A DNA stretch of 64,000 nucleotides from assembly GCA_030390025.1 (NCBI GenBank), contig CM059431.1:134852001-134916000 (forward strand), read 5' to 3'. Below the pieces are notes generated by a model. That model saw only the letters and a program-made list of their open reading frames with translations. It searched no databases and had not been told where the DNA came from. Below, one piece after another: positions 48,891 to 62,683 of the stretch. Position 1 is the first letter of the stretch. Each line of letters starts with the position of its first letter. Source of the stretch: Squalus acanthias (Eukaryota). Position numbers and translations under genes: made by a program.

Positions 48891-51800
48891 GACTTCAATC
48901 TTCATATAGACTGGACAAATCAAATTGGCAAAGGTAGTCTGGAGGACGAGTTCATGGAATGCATTCGGGACAGTTTCCTAGAACAATATGTCATGGAACC
49001 AACCAGCAAACAGGTTATTTTAGATCTTGTATTGTGTAATGAGACAGGGTTAATTAGCAATCTCATAGTAAAGGATCCTCTGGGGCAGAGTGATCATAAT
49101 ATGATAGAATTTTACATTAATTTTGAGAGTGACTTGCCTAAATCCAAAACTACAGTCTTAAACTTAAATAAAGCCAAATACATAGGTATGAGGGGTGAGT
49201 TGGCTAAGGTAGATTGGAAAAATAGATTAAAAGGTATGGCGGTAGATAAGCAGTGGTTAGCATTTAAAGAAATATTTCATAATTCTCAACAAAAATACAT
49301 TCCATTGAGAAACAAAAACTCCACAGGAAAAGTGATCCAACCGTGGCTAACTAAAGAAGTTAAGGATAGCATTAGATTGAAAGAAGAAGCTTATAATGTT
49401 GCAAAGAATAATAGTAAGCCTGAGGATTGGGAGATTTCAGAAACCAGCAAAGGTTGGCCAAAAAATTGATGGGAAAAAATAGAATGAGAGAAAACTAGCA
49501 AGAAATATAAAAGCAGATTGTAAGAGTTTCTACAAGTATGTAAAAAGGAAAAGAGTATCAAAAGTAAACGTTGGTCCCTTAGAGGCTGACACAGGAGAAA
49601 TTATTATGCGGAATAAGGAAATGGCAGAAACGTTAAACAAATATTTTGTATCTGTCTTCACAGTAGAAGACACAAAATGCATACCAAGAATGGTGGGGAA
49701 CCAAGGGTCTAAGAAGGGTGAGGAACTTAACGTAATTAATACAAGTAGAGAAAAAGTACTACAGAAAATAATGGGACTAAAAGCCAACAAATCCCCTGCA
49801 CCTGACAGCCTACATCCTAGGGTTTTAAAAGAGGTGGCTGAAGAGATAGTGGATGCATTGGTATTGATCTTCCAAAATTCCCGAGATTCTGGAATGGTCC
49901 CAGTGGATTGGAAGGTCGCAAATGTAACACTGCTATTCAAGAAAGGAGGGAGAGAAAAAGCAGGTAACTACAGGCCAGTTAGCCTGACATCAGTCATTGG
50001 GAAAATGCTGGAATCCATTGTTAAAGAAGTGGTATCAAGTCACTTAGAAAGTCATAACATGACTAGGCAGAGTCAACATGGTTTTATGAAAGGGAAATCG
50101 TGTTTAACAAATTTATTAGAGTTTTTTGAGGATGTAACTAGCAGGGTAGATACAGGGGAACCAGTGGATGTAGTATATTTGGATTTCCAAAAGGCATTCG
50201 ATAAGGTGCCACATAAAAGGTTATTACACAAGATTAGGGCTCATGGGGTTGGGGGTAATATAGTAGCATGGATAGAGGATTGGTTAACGGACAGAAAAGA
50301 GAGAGTAGGGATAAATGAATCTTTATCAGGTTGGCAGGCTGTAACTAGTGGGGTGCCACAAGGATCAGTGTTGGGGCCTCAGCTATTTACAATCTATATT
50401 AATGACCTAGATGAAGGGACCGAGTGTAATGTATCGAAGTTTGCTCACGATACAAAGCTAGGTGGGACAGTAAGCTGTGAGGAGAACACAAAGGGCTGGA
50501 TTTTCATTGACCCGTGGAGGTGGGTTTGGAGGCGTGTGGGGGGTTAAAATTGCGAAAACTGGCGGGCGGGCACAAGCCCGCCTCCACGCAATTTTCATTA
50601 AATCGTGTCTGCTGGTCCCGACTCCGTCCCGCCTCTAAGAGGCGGGATAGGCTGTTAAGGCCCTTAACAAGCACTAAATTGCCTCTATAATGCCATTTTG
50701 AAAGGCCTTTGTGATTTTAACCCTTTTTCTACGTGAAGCACGCCTGTTCTGAACCACGAATGTGAAACCTGGTGGGAGCACATTTGGATAGCGCTGGCTG
50801 GCTGGCTATGGGGATGCATATGTGGATGGCTATGTGGATGGATGCATATATGGATGGATGGGGAGGAGACATATCTGGGAGTGGTGGTGTAAAAATATCT
50901 GGGAGCAGACTTAGGGCTGCTGCTGCTCATTTTGCATCCAGGTCCTCTCACAGCAAAGGCCAGGCAGTCTCTGAAGACCTTCAATGCAGCAGCAATGACG
51001 ACATCATCAGAGGCGACTTTCAGACTGAAAACACTAATTGGTTCATGGGTTCCCACATGCTGGAACTCAAATAGGTGAATATTGCATCAATCTCCCACAT
51101 CCAATTGCAGTCGGGTGGATAACACGAAAAGTGGATGACACGACCCCAACCCGCCCCAGTATCAAAATCCAGCCCAGAGTCTGCAAAGGGCTATAGATAG
51201 ACTAAGTGAGTGGGGAGTAAGGTGGCAGATGGAGTATAATGTAGGGAAATGTGAGGTTATTCACTTTGGTAGGAAGAATAGAAAAAACAGAATGTTCTTT
51301 AAATGGTGAGAAACTTTCAAATGTTGGTGTTGAGAGTGGTTTGGGTGTCCTTGTGCAAGAAACACAGAAAGCTAGCATGCATGGTACAGCAAGCAATAAG
51401 GAAGGCAAATGGCATGTTGGCCTTTATTTCAAGGGGGTTGGAGTATAAGAGTAAGGAAGTCTTGCTACAATTGTACGGGGCCTTGGTGAGACCACACCTG
51501 GAGTACTGTGCACAGTTTTGGTCTCCTTATCTAAGGAAGGATATACTTGCCTTGGAGGCGGTGTAACGAAGGTTCACTAGATTGATTCCTGGGATGAGAG
51601 GGCTGTCCTATGAGGAGAGAGTGTGTAGAATGGGCCCATACTCTCTGGAGTTTAGAAAAATGAGAGGTGATCTCATTGAAACATATAAAGTTCTTCGAGG
51701 GCTTGACAGGGTAGATGCTGAGAGGTTGTTTCCCCTGGCTGGAGTGTCTAGAACTAGGGGGCATAGTCTCAGGATAAGGGGTAGGCCATTTAAAACTGAG

Positions 51801-52054
51801 ATGAGAATGAATTTCTTTACTCAGAAGGTTGTGAATCTTTGGAATTCTCTGCCCCAGAGGGCTGTGAATGCTGAGTCTGAGTATATTCAAGGCTGAGATA
51901 GATAGATTTTTGGACTCTAGGGGAATCAAGGGATATGGAGATCGGATGGGAAAGTGGAGTTGAGGTCGATGATCAGCCATGATCTTATTGAATGGCAGAG
52001 CAGGCTCGAGGGGCCGTATGGCCTACTCCTGCTCTTATTTCTTATGTGCTTATG
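48891..52054 (+). mobile_element. 5'-truncated CR1 inserted in the Penelope RT
   Basis: Starts at GDFN. ORFs 48954-49469 and 49606-50547; CR1 tail ends at about 52054. Confidence 0.92.
50493..51175. mobile_element. Harbinger-type MITE, about 680 bp (copy 2)
   Basis: TIR GGGCTGGATTTT at both ends. The CR1 frame rejoins as EENTK / SLQRAIDRL. Confidence 0.9.
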
Positions 52055-53569
52055 ACCCGAGTAGGACTGGAGCAAAGAATGTTCCATATATCCCACGAAA
52101 AGGCATACCTAGGACCCATGCGGTTCCCATAGCAACATCTTTAATTCGGAGGAAGTGAATGGAGTCCAAGGAGAAGTTGTTCAATGGGAGAACAAGTTCA
52201 GCCAGGCGGAGGAGGGTGGTGGTGGATGGGGACTGGTTGGGCCTCTGTTCAAGGAAGAAGCGGCGCCCCCTCAGGCCGTCCTGGTGGGGGTTGGAGGTGT
52301 AGAGGGATTGTATGTCCAGTGAAAAGGATACAGTTGGGGCCAGGGAACTGTTAAAGTGGCGGAGGGCGTTGGAAAAGTCACGGATGTAGGAAGAGACTGG
52401 ACAAGGGTAGAAAAAAAAGTTGAAATAGGAAGAAATCAGTTCCGTGGGGCAAGAACAGGCTGAAACGATGGGTCTACCAGGGCAGTCCTGTTTGTGGATC
52501 TTGGGAAGGAGGTAGAAGCGGGGTTGGGGAACTATGAGGTTGGCGGCTGTGGAGGGAAGAGCTCCAGAAGAGAGGAGGTCAGTGACAGCCTTGGAAACGA
52601 TGGCTTGATGTCCAGCAATGGGGTCATGGTCCAGGAGGAGGTAGGAGGAGGTGTCAGAGAGTTGGCATTCAGCCTCCGCAAGGTAGAGGTCGGTTCGCCA
52701 AACAACAGCAATGCCACCCTTGTCAGCAGGTTTAATGACAATGTTGGAGTTGGATCTGAGAGAATGGAGTGCTGCAAGAAGGAGGTAGTTTGGAGTGAGT
52801 GAGGGGAGCAGAGAAATTGAGACGGTCGATGTCACGCCAGCCGTTTGCAATGAAAAGATCTAGAGAGGGTAAGAGGCCAGATGGAGGGGTCCAGGTGGGA
52901 CGAGAATTCTGAAAACGGGAGAAAGGGTCAACTGTGCAGGGGGGGGGGGGGGAAGACTCACGGCCAAAGAAGAGGGAATGGAGACGGAGGCGACGGAAAA
53001 ACTAGCTCGGCGTCGTGCCAAGCTCGAAATTCATTGAGATGGGGGCATAAGGGGATGAAGCTCATGCCTTTGCTGAGGACTGATCGTTCGGGGTCAGAGA
53101 GGGGAAGATCAGAAAGGATAGTGAAAGCACAGCAGGGGGCGAGATTGGAAGAAGGGATGGGGTCAGAGGAAAGTGATGGGGAAGAAGGGCGTTGGTGTCC
53201 AAGAGTTGTTGAAGCTTGTGATCCTTGACACCTGAAGGTTAAAAAGGAGGCTTCCAACCTCATTAAAATATTTAAATTAACATCCCACCTCCTGGCAACG
53301 GGTTGGCTGCCCGCCCCCGTCCCACGTCCGTTAAAACTGGAAGTGGGCAGGTTCAGGTCGGGATTCTGATTTTTAACAAGTTAACTACTCCCACGCTCCT
53401 AATCCACCCATTTTTTCAGGTTAAAATTCCCTCCATTGAGTGCAGAAATAGGACAAACAAACTGATATCTAGCTAAAGGCCATGAGGAGAGGTTAAAAAG
53501 CCTGGAAGTTTACTCTGACAATGGGGAAGTTCAAGGAAGATATTGTTCAAGATTCTGAAGGGAATAGCT

Positions 53570-54130
53570 GGTTGAAGGTCAATCATCACAGCCCCAGGAC
53601 ATCGCTGCAGGAGTTCCTCAGGGCCAACCATCTTCAGCTGCTTCATCAATGACCTTCCCTCCAACATACAGTCAGAAATGGGGATGTTCGCTGATCACTG
53701 CAGAGTGTTCAGCGCCATTCACAACTCCTCCGATAATGAAGCAGTCCATGCCCGCATGCAACAAGACCTGGACGACGTTCAGGCTTGGGCTGGTAAGTGG
53801 CAGGTAACATTCGTGCCACACAAGTGCCAGGCAATGACTATCTCCAACAAGCGAGAGTCTAACCACTGCCCCTCGACATTCAACAGCATTACCATCGCCA
53901 AATCACCCACCATCAACATCCTGGGGGTCACCATTGACCAGAAACTGAACTGGACCAGCTACATAAATACGGTGGCAACAAGAGCAGGTCAGAGGCTAGA
54001 TATCCTGCGGCCAGTGTCTCACCTCCTGACTCCCCAAAGCCTTTCCACCATCTACAAGGCACAAGTCAGGAGTGTGACAAAATACTCTCCACTTGCCTGG
54101 ATGAGTGCAGCTCCAACAACACTCAAAAAG
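53570..54130 (+). mobile_element. RT fragment of the same LINE family as 24763-29330
   Basis: FINDLPS...GMFADHC...WQVTFVPHKCQAM...YKAQVRS..YSPLAW. Confidence 0.85.
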
Positions 54131-54330
54131 TGACATGCGCAATTTTCCAATCTAAAGGAATAGTTCCTGAATCGAGAGAACTTTGGAAGATTATAGTTAG
54201 GGCATCTGCAATGTGCTCACCTACTTCCTTTAAAATCTTGGGATGGAAACTATCTGGTCCTGGGGATTTGTCACTCTTTCGTGCCATTATTTTCTTTATT
54301 ACTGTTATTTTACTTACATTAATTTTATTG
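54131..54330 (-). mobile_element. CR1 RT fragment
   Basis: DKSPGPDSFHPKILKEV...IPLDWKIAHVT. Confidence 0.8.
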
Positions 54331-54613
54331 CATCCTTGTACAGTGTTAATAACAGTTGTAGCAGCTGCAGTTTGCATGTTATGGGAAGAGTATTGCAGCT
54401 GTACTGTTCACATTGAACCTGGAGTTGGAAAGCTGTGCCAGTTGTTGAAAAAAAAGCACAAAAAAAGTTTCTGGAGATAGCATCAATGGGATAATTTCAT
54501 ATCGAAGTGGACTAAACTATATATTTTTCCCTATTCTAACATAACCAGATCTGAAATTCATTGAGAAGCTGAGGAAGATAAACATTTCATACATATTCAA
54601 GAGTGTTATATAC

Positions 54614-54726
54614 CTATTAGCTGCTCTTTTGAGGAGCTTCTTGATTTCACCAGTACTGCAGGTGTGTTCCCCGTGGACAGCTACAAAACTGATGCATCCT
54701 TTGGGTGGTGGTTCATCAGCTGCAAT
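54614..54726 (-). CDS. UGGT2: UGGT2-like internal exon (113 nt, probably exon 4)
   Basis: Translates as IAADEPPPKGCISFVAVHGEHTCSTGEIKKLLKRAAN(R), matching the N-terminal region of UGGT2 (IAADEPPP...HTC..EIKKLLKKAA). Acceptor TTAG, donor GTAT. Phase 0 start, phase 2 end. Confidence 0.95.
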
Positions 54727-55066
54727 CTAAGCCAGATGTTATAAGTCAATACACACAGATAGCATAAGTATGGAATAAGAAAAGCCCATTCATATCAAAG
54801 TCTACTATCATAAACTCTCAAAGTTAATTGGTCTTCAGAGAGATGAGTAACCATGGGTAACATTTCCAAGTTAAACCTGAAACGTGTCTCTGGTTGCCAA
54901 AGATAATTGAGCAGACTCTAGGAAATCAGCTTAGCATTACAATGCGCAATCAACCCTGAACAGTTCCTTTTCACAGAAGATATTTCCGTGGTCCAAACAG
55001 CAGTTACAATAGTGCTGCTCAGTGTATTTGACCATCTATGACTATGTTTGCTTTAAAAACCTTTGT

Positions 55067-55751
55067 GGGGGGGGGAATTCGGTTTCGACCATTTTGGGGC
55101 GCTAACATCGCCTGGGCGCTAATTAGTGCCGCCGACCGCGTAATTCACTTTTAGCACCCTAAGAGGGAGGTGGAGCTCCACTTCCTTCTTAGAGCACTAA
55201 TCCCGAATATTGGGGCGGTGCATTTTGCAGCACTATGCATTGGGCCGCGTAGCACTGCCGCATGGAAGGGCTCTTCCCCTCATTAAAGGGGAGGGCCCAA
55301 GCCCACAACTCTATGGGGCCCTACCTGGACCACTGGGGAGCGGGGTGCCATGCTAGCAGCCTGGCGCACAAGAGGCGTGCTGGGCTGCCAGATCGCGGCA
55401 TGGACCCCACGTTCAAAGACGCAACAAGTAAGTCGGCCGAATTTTTTCCCCCCGCACGCCACCTCCCCTTTACTTAGCGCCCCGGGAGCCTCCTGCCGCT
55501 CCGTTCACGCCCCGAATCGGTCGCTGTCATCGTCCGATGCAGATTCAGGGGGTGCGGGCCAATTTTGCAGGCGGGGCTAAAATGGGGCGCCGCGCACGGT
55601 GATGATGCAGTCATCGCCTGCGCAGCGGAGCGGAGCGTTACTGGTTACCGCCGCCGCTAAACTCCTGCTGAATTTAGCGGGAGTTGTTAGCGGCGCCGCG
55701 CCCGGGTGAAAAGTCGTTTGCGCCCCCCCTAAGGTACCCAAATTCAAGCCC
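55067..55751. mobile_element. CpG-rich Harbinger-type MITE related to 3565-4457
   Basis: Ends GGGGGGAATTCGG and CCAAATTCAAGCCC. Shares CCATTTTGGGGCGC and TTCACTTTTA subterminal motifs with the 3565 element. Confidence 0.7.
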
Positions 55752-56854
55752 TCAATCTTGCTCTTAACCAGAAATTAATCCAGCTCCTCTGCAAAAACTA
55801 GTCAACATTGCATTAACTACTTCTGTGGAGTTCATGCTGTAGATCAAAAAACTTTCCTTCTAATCTCTGCTCTTGCTCGTCAATTTGTGCTTACATTCTC
55901 GGGTTATGTAATCAGAGTTTACATTAAGTAACCTAAAGAGATGTATTTATCTGTGCCTTTCAAAATGTAAAAGGCTCAGATAACTGCCCATCACCAAAGC
56001 TTTAAAGTCTCTCATCATACTGCAAGCCACAATACAGAGCTCTGAGCAATCCACGTCTTTCCTTTTTACTGGCTAAACAGTTGATATGCAGGACATAGTC
56101 AAAAGATGACAATTTTGGTAGCAATTTAAAATATCTTTTACCAGAAGGAAGGAGGTGAGCCACATTAACCTATCAATTAAATTTACATTTGGAGTTCACT
56201 GATGCAAATGCCAACCGTAGAAACTACAGCACCATTTTAGTTGTTCAAACTTCTTTGAATTTTTACCACTTAGTGACAAAGAGGAGCTGAACCACCCAGA
56301 TTATTTTAATTGAATTAGCTCCAGTTTGTTACTGTAACAAAGGTTCAAGTTTATTACTTGAATTTTCCAGGTTTTACATTTAAGGAATTGCTGTCAACAT
56401 CACTCACAACTGTAGTAATAATATTGCAAAACTAGAATATTTTGTTGTAATTAGAATGCATTTGAGAAAATTAAACAATTTGTACGGTACCCACAACTAA
56501 TGGATTCAAACCGTTACTGATGTAATACATCAAATACAGGAGACAGAACAAAGAGTAGGGGTACTGAATCTGAAGCGCTAAATGACAGACACTCAAACCC
56601 ACATTAAAGGATGGCTTATGTTTAGCTGAACCATTTTCCCAAACTGCAGTAATAGAAATATATTTATCACATCTATTTCTATTAACTTCATGTATTTGTA
56701 AAGTAAACAAATAATTTATTTTAAGTTTTTTCTGCAGTGGTCATGCCATTAACATGGAAGTACAGTCCATTCCATTAGGTTTAATTTTTCATAAAATCAC
56801 TTTTCAAGTGCAAAGCTACACAAATAAGGAAGCTTGATAGGAAGAATGAGGTGA

Positions 56855-58180
56855 AACATAGAAGATAAGAGCAGGCCATTCAGCCCCTCGAGCCTGTTCC
56901 GCCATTCAATGAGATCATGGCTGATCATCCAAATTCAGTACCCTGTCCCTGCTTTCTCCCCATATCCCTTGATCCCTTTAGCCTTAAGAAATATATCGAA
57001 CTCCTTCTTGAATATATTTATTGAGTTGGCCTCAATTGCCTTCTGTGGTAGAGAATTCCTCAGGTTCACCACTCTCGGTGAAGAAATTCCTCCTCATTTC
57101 AGTCCTAAATGACTTACCCCTTATCCTTAGACTGTGACCCCTGGTTCTGGACTCCCCCGCCATCGGGAACATCCTTCCTGCATCTAGTCTGTCTAGTCCT
57201 GTTAGAATTTTATAAGTTTCAATGAGATCCCCTCTCATTCTTCTAAACTCTAGCGATTATAAGCCTAATCGACCCAATCTCTCTTCATATGTCATTCCTG
57301 CCATCCCAGGTATCAGTCTGGTGAATCTTCGCTGCACTCCCTCCATGGCAAGAACATCCTTCCTCAGATAAGGCGACCAAAACTGCACACAATACTCAAG
57401 GTGTGGTCTCACCAAGGCCTTGTACAACTGCAGCAAGACATCCTTGCTCCTGTACTCAAATCCTCTCGCTATGAAGGCCAACATACCATTTGCCTTCTTA
57501 ACCGCCTGCTGCACCTGCATGCTTACCTTCAGTGACTGGTGCACAAGGACACCCAGGTCTCATTGCACTTCCCCTTTTCCCAATCTATTGTCGTTCAGAT
57601 AATAATCTGCCTTCCTGTTTTTGCCACCAAAGTGGATAACCTCGCATTTATCCACATTATACTGCATCTGCCATGCATCTGCCTCATCACCCAACCTGTC
57701 CAAATCATACTGGAGTTTCTCTGCATCCTTCTCACAGCACACACGCCCACCTAGCTTTGTGTCGTCTGAAAACTTGGAGATATTACATCTAGTTCCCTCG
57801 TCTAGATCATTAATATATATTGTGAATATCTGGGGTCCTAGCACCGATCCCTGCGGTACCCCACTAGTCACTGCCTGCCACTCGGAAAAACACCCGTTTA
57901 TTCCAACTTTTTGCTTCCTGTCTGCCAACCAGTTCTCTATCCAAGTCAGTACCTTACCCCCAATCCCATGTGCTTTAACTTTGCACGCTAATCTCTTATG
58001 TGGGACCTTATCGAAAGCCTTCTGAAAGTCCAAATACACCACATTCACTGGTTCTCCCTTATCTATTCTACCAGTTACATCCTCAAAAAATTCCAGAAGA
58101 TTAGTCAAGCATGTAAATCCATGTTGACTTTGTCCGATCCTGTCACTGTTTTCCAAGTGCTCTGCTATTACATCTTTATA
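56855..58180 (-). mobile_element. 5'-truncated CR1, same subfamily as 9777-14146
   Basis: RT translation (KDVIAEHLENSDR..HKRLACKVKAHGIGGKVLTWIENWLADRKQ) and 3' UTR are nearly identical to the inner CR1. Confidence 0.93.
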
Positions 58181-59001
58181 TAAAACTATAAAACTAAATG
58201 ATACAATTTTAAAGGGGGCTGCAGGAACAGAGAGACCTGTGGGTGTATGTACATAAATCTTTGAAGGGGACAGGACAGGTTGAGAAGGCTGTTTAAAAAA
58301 GCATATGGGATCCTTGGCTTTATTAATAGAGACATAGAGTACCAAAGCAAGGAAGTTATGCTAAACCTTTTCAAAATATTGGTTAGGCCTCAGCTGGAGT
58401 AGTGTGTTCAAATCTGGGCATCACCCGTTAGGAAGGATGTCAATGCCTCAGAGAAAGTGCAGAAGAGATTTACGAGAATGGTAGCAGGGATGAGGGACTC
58501 AGTTATGTGGAGAGACTGGAGGAGCTGGGGTTGTTCACCTTAAAGCAGAGAAGGTTAAGAGGAGATTCAATAGAGGTATTCAAATCATGAATGGTTTTGA
58601 TAGAGTAAACAAGGAGAAACTGTTTCCAGTGGCAGAAGGGTCATTAACCAGAGGACACTGGAGAGATGGTGCAGGAGGGAGGACTTAAGATTCCTGTGGC
58701 ATTGGAATCTGTACAAGCCGGACAGGTTGCACCTCAACAGGGCCAGGTCAAATATCCTTGTGGGGAGGTTCGCAAGTGCTGTTGAGGAGGGTTTAAACTA
58801 GCTTGGCAGGGGGATGGGAACCTGAACGTAGATTCAGAAGGGAGAGAAGCAAAGCTGGAAATGGAAGGCAGAAAATAAGTAAGTAAGTGAGTTTGGAAGG
58901 TAGAGGAAACAGAAGCTAGAAAATAGACAACAAAGGGGTTTAGCAGACCTTAATGGTATATACTTCAATGCAAGGAGCCTAATGAATAAGGCAGATGAGC
59001 C

Positions 59002-59417
59002 TGGGGGTACAGTAGCATAGTGGTAACTGGGCGAGTAAACCAGAGGGCTTGGACTAATGATCTGCAGACAGGAGTTCAAATCCCACCACGGCAGCTGGGG
59101 AGTTTAAATTCGGTTAATGAAATAAATCTGGAATAAAAAAACTAGTATCTGTAATGGTGACCATGATTGTCGTAAAAACCCATCTGGTTCACCAATCTCC
59201 TTTAGAGAAGGAAATCTGCCGTCCTTACCCAGTCTGGCCTATATGAGACTCCAGATCCACAGTAATGTGGTTGACTCTTAAATTCCCTCTGAAATGGCCC
59301 AGCCAGCCACTCAGTTGTATAAGGCGGCTCACTAACACATTCTCAAGGGCAATTAGGGATGGGCAATAAATGCTGCCTTGCCAGCGACGACCACATCCCG
59401 TGAATGAATAAAAAAAA
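59002..59417 (+). mobile_element. tRNA-derived SINE sharing head and tail with the LINE at 24763-29330
   Basis: A box TAGCATAGTGG at 59013, B box GTTCAAATCC at 59074, tail AAGGGCAATTAGGGATGGGCAATAAATGC followed by an A-run. Confidence 0.88.
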
Positions 59418-60265
59418 GCCGGAGGTCAACGATAGACACACAAGTATATCATAGCTATTACTGAAACATGGCTGAAAGGGCAGGAACGTCAGCTCAACAT
59501 TCATGGATACAGAGTTTTCAGACGAGATAGAGAGGGAATAAAAAAGGGGATTGTAATATTGGTTAATGAAATAATTACAGCTGTGAGGAGGGATGATATG
59601 TTTGAAGGATCATCAAATGAGGTCATGTGGGTTGAACTATAGAACAAAAGAGGGGCAATCACACTGCTGGGAGTGCACTACAGACCCCCAAATAGTCAGA
59701 GGGTGATAGAAGAGCAAATATGTAGGCACATTTCTGAGATGTGCAAAAATAATAGGGCAGTAATAGCAGGGGATTTCAACTGGGATAGAATCAGTGTAAA
59801 GGTATAGAGGGCGCAGAATTCTTAAAATACATTCTGGGAGAACTTTTTTTTAAGCTAGTACATAGCAAGCTCAAAAAGAGAGGGGGCCGGTTTTGGACTT
59901 GGTTTTAGGGAATGAAGCTGGGCAGGTGGAAGGGGCATCAGTGGGAGAGCATTTTGGTGGTAGTGATCATAATTCAGTTAGATTTAGCGTAGTTATGGAA
60001 AAGGACAAAGTTAGACCAGGAGTAAAAATTCTCAACTGGGAAAAGGCCAATTTTACTAAACTGAGATGTGATTTAGCAAAAGTGGACTGGAAACAGCTAC
60101 TTTAAGGTAAATCAGTGCCAGAGCAGTGGGAGGCATTCATGGAGGAGATAGTGAGGGTTCAGAGCAAATATGTTCCCACAAAGAAAAAGGGTAGGACTCC
60201 CAAATCTCGAGCCCCTGGATGTCAAGGGGCATACAGGGTAGGATAAGGCAAAAAAGGGAAGCTTA

Positions 60266-61242
60266 TGTCCTTTGCTGTTTGTAGTGTACATTAATGATTT
60301 AGATACGAATGTAGGAGGTATGATCAGTAAGTTTGCAGATGACACGAAAATTGGTGGGGTGGTAAATAGCGAGGAGGGAAGTCTCAGGCTACAGGACGAT
60401 ATAGACGGGTTGGTCAGATGGGCAGAACAGTGGCAAATGGAATTTAACCCTGAAAAGTGTGAGGTGATGCATTTTGGGAAGACTAACAAGGCAAGGGAAT
60501 ACACAATGAATGGTAAGACCCTAGGAAGGACAGAGGATCAGAGGGACCTTGGTGTGCATGTACATAGATACCTGAAGGCAGCAGGACAGGTAGATAAGGT
60601 GGTTAAAAAGGCATATGGGATACTTGCCTTCATTAGCTGAGGCATAGAATATAAGAGCAGGGAGGTTATGATGGAGCTGTACAAAATGCTAGTTAGGCCA
60701 CAGCTGGAATACTGTGTGCAATTCTGGTCGCCACACTATAGGAAGGATGTGATTGCATTGGAGAGGGTGCAGAGGAGATTCACCAGGATGTTACCTGGGC
60801 TGCAGCGCTTCAGCTATGAAGAGAGACTGGACAGGCTGGGGTTCTTTTCCTTAGAGCAGAGAAGGCTGAGGGGGGACCTGATTGAGGTGTACAAAATTAT
60901 GAGGGGCATAGATAGGGTAGATAGAAAGGAACTTTTGCCCTTAGTAGAGGGGTCAATAACCAGGGAGCATAGTTTCAAGGTAAGGGGCAGGAGGTTTAGA
61001 GGGGATTTGAGGAAAAACTTTTTCACCCAGAGGGTGGTTGGAATCTGGAACTCACTGCCTGAAAGGGTGGTAGAGGCAGGAACCCTCACAACATTCAAGA
61101 AGCATTTAGATGAGCACTTGAAACGCCATAGCATACAAGGCTACGGACCAAGTGCTGGAAAATGGGATTAAAATAGACAGGGCTTGATGGCCGGCGCGGA
61201 CACGATGGGCCTCTTTCTGTGTTGTATAACTCTATGACTCTA
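60266..61242 (+). mobile_element. Nested 5'-truncated CR1
   Basis: Runs from LFVVYINDLD..FADD to the tail. Host CR1 resumes at about 61243. Confidence 0.9.
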
Positions 61243-62683
61243 TACCGAGAGCTAAATACTGCAGAAGGCCTAGAGGAGTATAGAAAGTGCAAGGGTGAAA
61301 TTATAAAGGCAATTAGGAAAGCAAAGAGAGGGCATAAAAAAATATTGGCAAGTAAAATCAAGGAAAACCCAAAGATATTTTTATAAATACATAAAGAGCA
61401 AGAGGAAAACTAAAGAAAGAGTAGGGCCTATTAGAGACCGAAAAGGTAGCTTGTGTGTGTGGAGGCGGAAGACGTGGGTACGGTTCTTAATGAACAATTT
61501 GCATCTGTCTTCACAAAAGAGAGGGACGATGCAGATATTGTAGTTAAGGAGGAGGAGTGTGAAATATTAAATGAGATAAACATAGTGGGAGAGGAAATAT
61601 TAAGGGGTTTAGCACCTTTGAAAGTAGATAAATCACTATGGCCCGGATTAAATGTATCTCAGGCGGTTAAGAAAAGCCAGGAAGGAAACAGCGGAGGCTC
61701 TGACCATCTTTATCCAATCCTCTCTGGCTACAGGCGTGGTGCTGGAGGACTGGAGGACTGCTAACGTTGTACCGTTGTTTAAAATGGGAGAAAGGGATAG
61801 ACCGAGAAATTACAGGCCAGTCAGCCTAACCTTGGTGGTGGGCAAATTATTGGAAAAAATTCTGAGGGACAGTATTAATCATCATTTGGAAAGGCACGGA
61901 TTAATCAAGGACAGTCAGCATGGATTTGTTAAGGGAAGATCATGTCTGACTAACTTGATTGAATTTTTTGAGGAGGTAACAAGGAGGGTTGATGAGGGTA
62001 GTGTGTTTGATGTAGTCTACATGGATTTTAGCAAGGCTTTTGACTAGGTCCCACATGGCAGACTGGTCAGAAAAGTAAAAGCCCATGGGATCCAAGGGAA
62101 AATGGCAAGATGGATCCAAAATTGGTTCAATGGCAGAAAGCAAAGGGTAATGGTCGATGGGTGTTTTTGTGACTGGAAGGGTGTTTTCAGTGGAGTACCG
62201 CAAGGCTCAGTACTAGGTCCCTTGCTTTTTGTGGTATACATCAATGATTTACATTTCAATGTAGGAGGCATGATTAAGAAGTTTGCAGATGATACAAAAA
62301 TTGGCCATGTGGTTGATGGTGAGGAAGAAAGCTGTACACTTCAGGAAGATATCAATGCCAGGTGGGCTTAAAAGTGGCAAATGGAATTCAATCCGGAGAA
62401 TTGTGAGGTAATGCATTTGGGGAGGGCCAGCAAGGCAAGGGAATACACAATAAGTTGTAGGATACTAAGAAGTGTAGAGGAACAGAAGGACCTTGGAGTG
62501 TATGTCCACAGATCCCTGAAGGTAGCAGGACAGGTAGATAAGGTGGTTAAGACGGCATATGGGATACTTTCCTTTATTAGCCGAAGCACAGAATATAAGA
62601 GCAGGGGGGTTATGCTTGAACTGTAAAAAACGCGAGTGTTTGGCCACAGCTAGAGTACTGCGTACAGTTCTGGTCACCACACT

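Larger units (their letters stand above)
47921..53225 (-). mobile_element. Penelope-like retroelement (RT and GIY-YIG), degenerate, split by a CR1
   Basis: IVIKPADKGG, FYLLPKIHK..PGRPIVS, DIQSLYT, VAMGT, FFRYIDD, and LVYCIRCSRCGLLYIWETKRRLGDRFAE (GIY-YIG). Flanked by TGACACCTG direct repeats. Confidence 0.9.

Noticed and set aside
6377..54726. Assignment of the exons to UGGT1
   Set aside because: EIKKLLK, PYLFKGDH, PVVILYAE and FHKVLSEKA match UGGT2 as recalled. Phylogeny or synteny would confirm.
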